A stretch of DNA of 32,000 nt from Candidatus Saccharimonadota bacterium (GTDB lineage Bacteria > Bacillota_I > Bacilli_A > Mycoplasmatales > Hepatoplasmataceae): contig NZ_CP006932.1 of assembly GCF_000582535.1 (NCBI RefSeq), positions 240,001-272,000 on the forward strand, in the 5' to 3' direction. The first letter of the stretch is position 1; every line of letters starts with the position of its first letter. The notes below the pieces were generated by a model that was not told where the DNA came from, made no database searches, and was given only the letters and a program-made list of their open reading frames with translations. Position numbers and translations under genes: made by a program. Positions 29,903 through 32,000 of the stretch are shown here, one piece after another.

Positions 29903-32000
29903 ATGAAAAAATTCTTTATTACACTTATTATTTTTCCGATATTAATTATATTTGGATCAATAAATAGTAGTTCTAAATTTTTAGAAACAAAAAACTATTC
30001 AGATTTAGAAATTGAATCAATCGTAGATTTAGAATTTTCGGCAGATGGTAATACAAATGGAGCAATTGTCGATACTAATGGTGATCAAAATGGTGACGCT
30101 ATTTATATGTGAGGACAAAATAATAATTATCAAATTGGTGATGGAACAACTACAGATAAATTTTCACCTGTAGAAATTACACCACAAGGTGAAAGCGATT
30201 GAGGGGGAGATATAATTAATTTGGAAATCGCTCAATTATTTAGTGGTGCTACCGTTGACACTAATTATGATGGTTATGCCGATACACTTTATTTATGAGG
30301 TAGTAATTATCGTGGTGAAATTGGAAATGGAGAAACAAGTGGATCAATTTCAACTCCTCAAATTATTACACCACAAGGTGAAACAAATTGAGATGGTAAT
30401 ATCATAGATTTTTCATTGATGTATGCAAATACAGCTGTTTTAATTGATACTGATTATGATGGATATGGTGATTTAATTTATGGTTGAGGTGAAAATATTA
30501 ATTATGAAATATCACCTAAAGATGATAATACAATTTTATATCCTGAAATAATTGCTCCAGAAGATAATGATTGAGGCGGAAATATTATTGATTTAAAATT
30601 AGGTTCTCGATTTGGTGGAGTAACTGTTGATAGTAATTATGATGGTCTTGCAGATATGCTTTATATGTGAGGAGATAATAGTTATGGAGAACTTGGAATA
30701 GGTGCATCACCTCAATATTCTCAATATCCTACAATAATTAACCCAGGATCTGGTAGTTGAGGTGGTGATATTATAGATTTTACACTTGGATTTTTTAATT
30801 CAGGTTTATTAATAGATACCAATTCAGATGGAATAGGAGATTTAATTTATAGTTGAGGACAAAATAATTATGGTCAACTTGGTGATGGTACAAAAGTAAT
30901 TAAATATTCTCCAAAAGTAATTACTCCTAGTTCAGGTGATTGAGGCGGAAATATTCTTCAATTTGAAAAAGGAAGTTATACTTCTAGTGTAATAATAGAT
31001 TCTGATTTAAATGGATCAGGAGATCTACTTTATATGTGAGGACAAAATGGTAATGGTCAATTAGGAGCAGGAACAACAAGCGATATTTCTGTTCCAACAA
31101 TTGTTTACCCTGAAGGTCAATCATCTTGACCCGGACCTATTTATTCATTATCAAATGGATTTAGTAGTACCGGTGTAATTACCGATAATAATAATGATGA
31201 TCTTATTGATAGTTTTTATGCATGTGGAAATGATAACTACGGACAATTAGGAAATGGAAATAGTGATAGCAATATTGATCAATTATATTTTATAGTTATT
31301 TATTCTACAGATTCTGCTTCTATTGCTAGTTTAGATTTTATTTATGATGATAATCAATTATTTATTGATTTAAAATTATATGATTATAGTAATGTAATAA
31401 ATAGTGATCCTACTGTTTTATTAATAGATAATGGAGATACTAATTATACAACAACTTTTATTTCTTCAAATTCAGATATTTCTAATGATCAATATTATTA
31501 TCAGGTGAATGGAATTGAACGAGGAACACACTATTATTTTAATGAAATAATAATTAATGATGTTGCTTCTGCTATTTCAGAAGATATAATAACCGACTAT
31601 ATCATTCCTGATTATTCTATAAAATCAGTAACTGAGCAAACAGCTACAATTGATTTAAATTTGAGCGAAAATAATAATGTAGATTTTAGTGATTATACAA
31701 ATGAAGAATTAAAAGTAAAAGTAAATTATACTGATCTTGACCAAAATGATTCTTATAATCAAGAATTTACACTTAATAGTTTAATATCTAATCAAGATCT
31801 TACAATTAGTAGTTCAGCAGAAGTTGAATTAACTAATTTAAAAGCAGAAACAAATTATCAAATAGATTCAATTCAGTATTTCTATCAAAATGGAAGTTAT
31901 ATATATCAAATTAATCAATCTGCTACAAGATTTCAAACTCAATCTGTTCAACCAGAAATTCAAGGTGCAACAAGTTTAGTAATAGATGAAACAATAACTT
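29903..32000 (+). CDS. Beta-propeller surface protein paralog D, 5' portion (3' end outside window): signal/anchor, 7 RCC1-like/DxDxDG blades, start of the beta-sandwich stalk
   Basis: Frame 2 is open from ATG 29903 to the window end with TGA read as Trp. The N-terminus is MKKFFITLIIFPILIIFGS. Blades read e.g. GAIVDTNGDQNGDAIYM-W-GQNNNYQIGDGTT. The stalk shows VELTNLKAETNYQIDSIQYFY as in paralogs A and B. Confidence 0.9.

Noticed and set aside
1-32000. TGA=Gly (table 25) as the alternative recoding
   Set aside because: TGA occupies positions where paralogous repeats use TGG and where the RCC1 signature requires Trp (Y-x-W-G-x-N). Gly would not fit these positions.

Overview
This very AT-rich window is only coherent under translation table 4 (TGA=Trp, Mollicutes-type), so most ORF-track entries are fragments of larger genes. 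The clearest internal evidence is that TGA (3201-3203) and TGG (3387-3389) occupy the same 'S-W-N-G-N-I' position in neighbouring repeats of one gene. After re-joining ORFs across in-frame TGA, four groups of features appear. (1) Four paralogs of a seven-bladed RCC1-like beta-propeller with a DTDxDGYxD acidic loop in each blade. Two carry a beta-sandwich stalk and a poly-Ile C-terminal TM anchor (<1..1826 and 2718..5690, + strand). A third (29903..>32000, + strand) has the stalk, but its C-terminus lies outside the window. The fourth is propeller-only (5884..7278, - strand). (2) A decayed carbamate kinase pseudogene lies between the first two paralogs. (3) Four SDR oxidoreductase paralogs, each with its own conserved SD and -10 box, sit alongside an ASCH-domain gene and a small 2-TM protein. 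(4) The centrepiece is a ~17 kb minus-strand array (12.5-29.4 kb) of giant fibre-like repeat proteins of 1189, 1281 and 1935 aa, plus one decayed copy. None has a signal peptide, lipobox or TM segment. They share an acidic N-terminus, 13-15 'EGG-x-TQ-x-EVN-x-x-NK-x-AID' units with heptad-exact Asn/Ile coiled-coil stretches, a CMECGCDSSGCDCDD cluster, and 1 or 10 SprB/Ig-like domains. Each ends in a different C-terminal module. The decayed copy keeps a ~1.87 kb 3' half that is ~99% identical to an expressed paralog, which looks like a silent cassette maintained by gene conversion. I do not recognise this family and consider it the candidate undescribed system, either a modular trimeric fibre/adhesin or a tail-fibre-like receptor-binding family. 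No rRNA, tRNA, CRISPR, transposase or recombinase was seen.
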